From a virus (taxonomy: Duplodnaviria > Caudoviricetes), in IMG/VR virus record IMGVR_UViG_3300029288_001928, positions 69,444 to 133,443 of that record: a DNA stretch of 64,000 nucleotides; one strand, written 5' to 3'. The notes under the pieces were generated by a model. The model had not been told where the DNA came from, did no database searches, and saw nothing but the letters and a program-made list of their open reading frames with translations. The translations under genes and the position numbers were made by a program. This document shows positions 60,382 through 64,000 of the stretch, one piece after another; the first letter of the stretch is position 1, and every line of letters begins with the position of its first letter.

Positions 60382-62503
60382 ACAATACTCCTTTTAAATC
60401 CAATTATAACTATCATATTTCAAATGTCAAATAAAAGTTTTCTATTGACTTCTAAATCCCCCATCATATAATAATCGCAATCAAATAAGGAGCATATTAT
60501 GCATTTCTATGAAAATAACACTATTCATAATCATGAATTTATCATTGGAGCATATTTTCAATGTGTTGTAGGCTCATCCGATCCTGAATGGACTTTAACT
60601 TCAATCCAATTAGTAAGAAATCTTTCTCCATATCAAGTTAATAAGTTTATTCAATGTTTTGATTATATTTTTCCAAAAAAAGCACATACTGGACGTAACT
60701 ATAAGCCAGAATGCTGGTATAAATTTAATATACAATTTATGAGTCATGAACCACACGATTTTGTAATTCGTTCTGTTGAAAATGTTTCTGATTCAGACAA
60801 TGAATATGATAGAATTCATTGATATAATCGCAACCAAATAAGGAATTTAAAATGACTAATATTAAAGCTAATGACGTAGTTGCGGGTATTCATTATTATT
60901 CGGGTTATAATTTTAACAATTGTACAGATATTAAATTAACTAAAAATGGTTTAGTTGATAAAAGATATAAAGAAGAAAGTATACCTCCTACAGCATATAA
61001 AGTAATTGAAGTAGATAAAAATGTCGCAACTGTCCAATGTGCATTTTTCCATGGGTTTAAAAAAACATATGAGTTGGCATGCAAATATACCCCATATTCC
61101 AAATCATTCAAAATGCATATTACTTATCTTCGTCCTATTTCATATTTCACAAAAAACTGTATTATTAAAATGATGGAAACCGTAATTGGTATTAATGACA
61201 TTACACAAGAAACTATTAATGATTTCCAAGAGTATAACCATAAAAAATTAGTAATATTCTTTACAGATGCATATAACGAAATGTATAGGATAGCAAAAGA
61301 AAATATTGAAACAACAGAATCTAAACTTAAAAAATACCTAGAAGAACAAACTCCATTCGAAAAATTAAAGAAAGAAATAATACAAAAAATTATGGAAATA
61401 GAATATTCAAAAGATAATGAAATATATCTTGAAATGGCTAATTATAGCCTTGATATTAAAAAACAATACGATAATTTTAATTCATAAAAAGGAATAAAAA
61501 ATGAATAAAACAACAATAAAATCAATAAAAAACCAAATAGCAAACATTGAAGGCGATACACTTGATGCCTCTAATACATTACTTGAAATTGAATATCTTA
61601 TTAGTTGTAAAAAACTAAGTAAAGAAGTAACACCCCGTATACTAGAAGGTGAAGAAACTCACCTTATTAACACACTATGTCATATCTCTCAATCTTGCCT
61701 TAAAATTATTAAAAAAATAGATAAAGAATCCCTCCAAGAATTACAAACAAAAAATATATAAGTTATGTTTAATCAAAATGATCTACTATGGGACGAATCT
61801 AGGAAAATGGCAATAAATCCAAAAACTGGAGAAGTTTTATTTTCGCAAAATGAATTTATGCTTGTCGGAATAAAAGAACAAAAATATGCATGCCACTATG
61901 ATGGTGGAATAACTGCTGATTTCAGTAACAAACATAAAAGGAATATATCATAATGCAAAATCTACTAAAATCCCTCCAAATAGAATATAATAAATATAAA
62001 GAAAAAGAGCAAGTACTATTAAATATCCTTAAAATATATTTCGGTAATTCTATAGATAATATCGAAATTCAAAACGATTCAGTTAAAATATTTTCAACTG
62101 ACATCACGTTTGGGCAACCTTGCCACGAAACTTATATTATTCCATTTAACGAGTTTAAAGATTTAAATACTCTTATAAACCCTATAAAATATAGAGAAAC
62201 AAAGGAACTTTATTATGTGCTATCCCACTCCACCCCTACCACCATTTAGACCATCAGAAAATTATGATGAAAACAAAATCGTAAAAATTAAGATTTCTGC
62301 CGGTAGTTTAATTCTACCACCCCCACCACCTATGTATTCTAAAACTCGTTATGAATATGAATTGGAAAATACCAGAAAAGAAGATTCCTGTTCATTATTA
62401 AGTTTTTTGTTGGGTGGACTGTTTTTTAGCTAAAATACCTCTAAAATATAGAGAATGAAAATAAACTTTGACAAGTTTAAAACTATTATAAAAGGAATTT
62501 AAA

Positions 62504-62872
62504 ATGAATTTACTAATTGAAATGAATTTATGTAAAACTAGAATAGTACTAATATTAATAATGCTTTGTGTTATTTTATCGGTTCCTATCATAACATATA
62601 CACGCGCCAATTATAATACACATACAGAAGAAATAATTGTTAAAAAAGCCGAACGTGTAAATACATCAAGAGATGGTAAATATCTAGTATTTTCTACAGA
62701 TAATAATGTCTACGAAATAACAGATAGTTATTGGTGGTGGTCATTCGACGCATCAGATAGATATGCCATCATAGAACCAAATACAAAATATAAATGTGTT
62801 ATTACTGGATGGAGATGTAGATTCCTTAGTGATTACCCAAATTTAATAAAAATAGAAAAAATAGAAGAGTAA
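62504..62872 (+). CDS. Membrane-anchored hypothetical protein
   Basis: N-terminal TM helix; KYLVF...E.TDS....F..SD.Y...GWR..FLS.YPN.I. Confidence 0.65.
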   Translation: MNLLIEMNLCKTRIVLILIMLCVILSVPIITYTRANYNTHTEEIIVKKAERVNTSRDGKYLVFSTDNNVYEITDSYWWWSFDASDRYAIIEPNTKYKCVITGWRCRFLSDYPNLIKIEKIEE

Positions 62873-62874
62873 CT

Positions 62875-63501
62875 ATGGCAAATCTATCCAAACAAATTCA
62901 AAATAGAATCTCTAAATATAATCCAAAAGGAGAACTAGCCCATACTGCTAAAATGTTCCTAGCCCTTTGCGAAATAAATCATGTATCAACTAAAGAACAT
63001 GTCCAACGTGTAGCATTACTCGCAGAAAAAACAGCCATTAAATTGAGAAAAGATCCTAAAGCAACATTCTTCGCAGGTTTATTACATGATATAGGTAAAA
63101 TAATACTTCCACATAATCTGTTTGATGGACATGATATATCACAAGATGAATATGCACATGTAAAACAACACGCTATCGCAGGATTTAAAGCATTACATAA
63201 ATTACATATGTTTACTGCATTCTGTGCAGGATTACACCATAACCTTTATTCCGCCGGATATGGTGTATCAATAAACGAATTCCCTAAATCATGGTCCCCC
63301 GCTACTATTAAAAAAGTTCTTGAAATATCTGCTATTATATCAATATGCGACTTCGTTGATGCTTATACTACTCGTAAAACAACTCTTAAAGATCCTATCT
63401 CACAACCTCTATCACTTAAAGAATTATTATATAATAAATACCCAAATGATCATCTCGTAGTCGATACTGTTTTAAACATATCTAAAAAGGAAATAAAATG
63501 A
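62875..63501 (+). CDS. HD-domain phosphohydrolase (HD-GYP-like)
   Basis: EH..RVA, AGLLHDIGK, HH...GY, II.ICD..DA.T..R. Confidence 0.85.
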   Translation: MANLSKQIQNRISKYNPKGELAHTAKMFLALCEINHVSTKEHVQRVALLAEKTAIKLRKDPKATFFAGLLHDIGKIILPHNLFDGHDISQDEYAHVKQHAIAGFKALHKLHMFTAFCAGLHHNLYSAGYGVSINEFPKSWSPATIKKVLEISAIISICDFVDAYTTRKTTLKDPISQPLSLKELLYNKYPNDHLVVDTVLNISKKEIK

Positions 63502-63731
63502 CCAAATATACGGAAAATGACTACCCAATTCTTTTGTATCGGGGAAATGACGATGGGGATGAAGACCCACATGGAAATATTTGCTGGGCAACATGTGAAC
63601 AGTTAGGATGTACTGCCGAAGGCAAAACATTCGAAAAAGCAGAAAGAAACTGTAAATTCTGTATAAAAGCTATGCTGGATGTTAAAGACGAAATGGGATT
63701 CGAACATCCAAAACCAATACTTGAAAAATAA
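63498..63731 (+). CDS. HicB-like antitoxin domain protein with no adjacent HicA
   Basis: YPI.....W...L.GC.AEG.TFE.A..N....I........G...P.P. Confidence 0.7.
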   Translation: MTKYTENDYPILLYRGNDDGDEDPHGNICWATCEQLGCTAEGKTFEKAERNCKFCIKAMLDVKDEMGFEHPKPILEK

Positions 63732-64000
63732 ACTATATTTTTTATAGTTAGAAGGGTAGTATAATGTACGCAAAACCAGGATGTTATTTTCTTCGGTCTG
63801 TAGTAAATGGCAGAACTTATATACTAGGTGGTGAAAGTGATGGCCAATGTCTGTTATGTATATGGACGGCCACAGGAGGCATATCTAGATATATAAATTG
63901 TACATAATAATGTATATAAGTATAAAAATAAGTATTTGACAAATCAAAATTATATGATATAATATTATATATTCATTGACAAGTAATATTGGGTTGGTAG

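Noticed and set aside
1-64000. CRISPR array, reverse transcriptase/DGR, rRNA
   Set aside because: No regularly spaced repeats, no YxDD RT motif and no rRNA-like sequence seen

Overview
A 64-kb segment of an AT-rich jumbo phage genome, standard genetic code. Phage evidence: T4-like TATAAATA late promoters, a PAAR spike gene, free-standing homing endonucleases and dozens of small densely packed ORFs. The left part (1-27 kb) is a translation and RNA-maintenance region: two tRNA clusters (12 genes, one partial), including tRNA-Asn(GUU) split by a 207-nt group I intron inside the anticodon, plus bS21, IF-3, CCA-adding enzyme, MnmA, Ro60/Rsr, UvsE, nucleotide-salvage enzymes and late proteins with capsid-targeting-like N-termini. 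The middle part (27-49 kb, mostly minus strand) holds a tnpB-only element, a stand-alone sigma70 region 1.1-like gene, antitoxin-like mini-proteins, a pncB-nadE-radical SAM-pncA NAD+ salvage cluster, an atypical radical SAM/SPASM enzyme with two MKIRxDFVTNSSSSSF proteins, and three different RNA-ligase-like genes. The right part is mostly small early hypothetical genes, a DNA methyltransferase, a DUF6745-like module, and HD and HicB-like genes. Best candidates for an undescribed system: (i) a deamidating (Preiss-Handler type) phage NAD+ reconstitution pathway distinct from NARP1/NARP2, and (ii) the rSAM/SPASM plus NSSSSSF-motif protein-modification module. All protein calls come from motif recognition by eye; no database searches were run.
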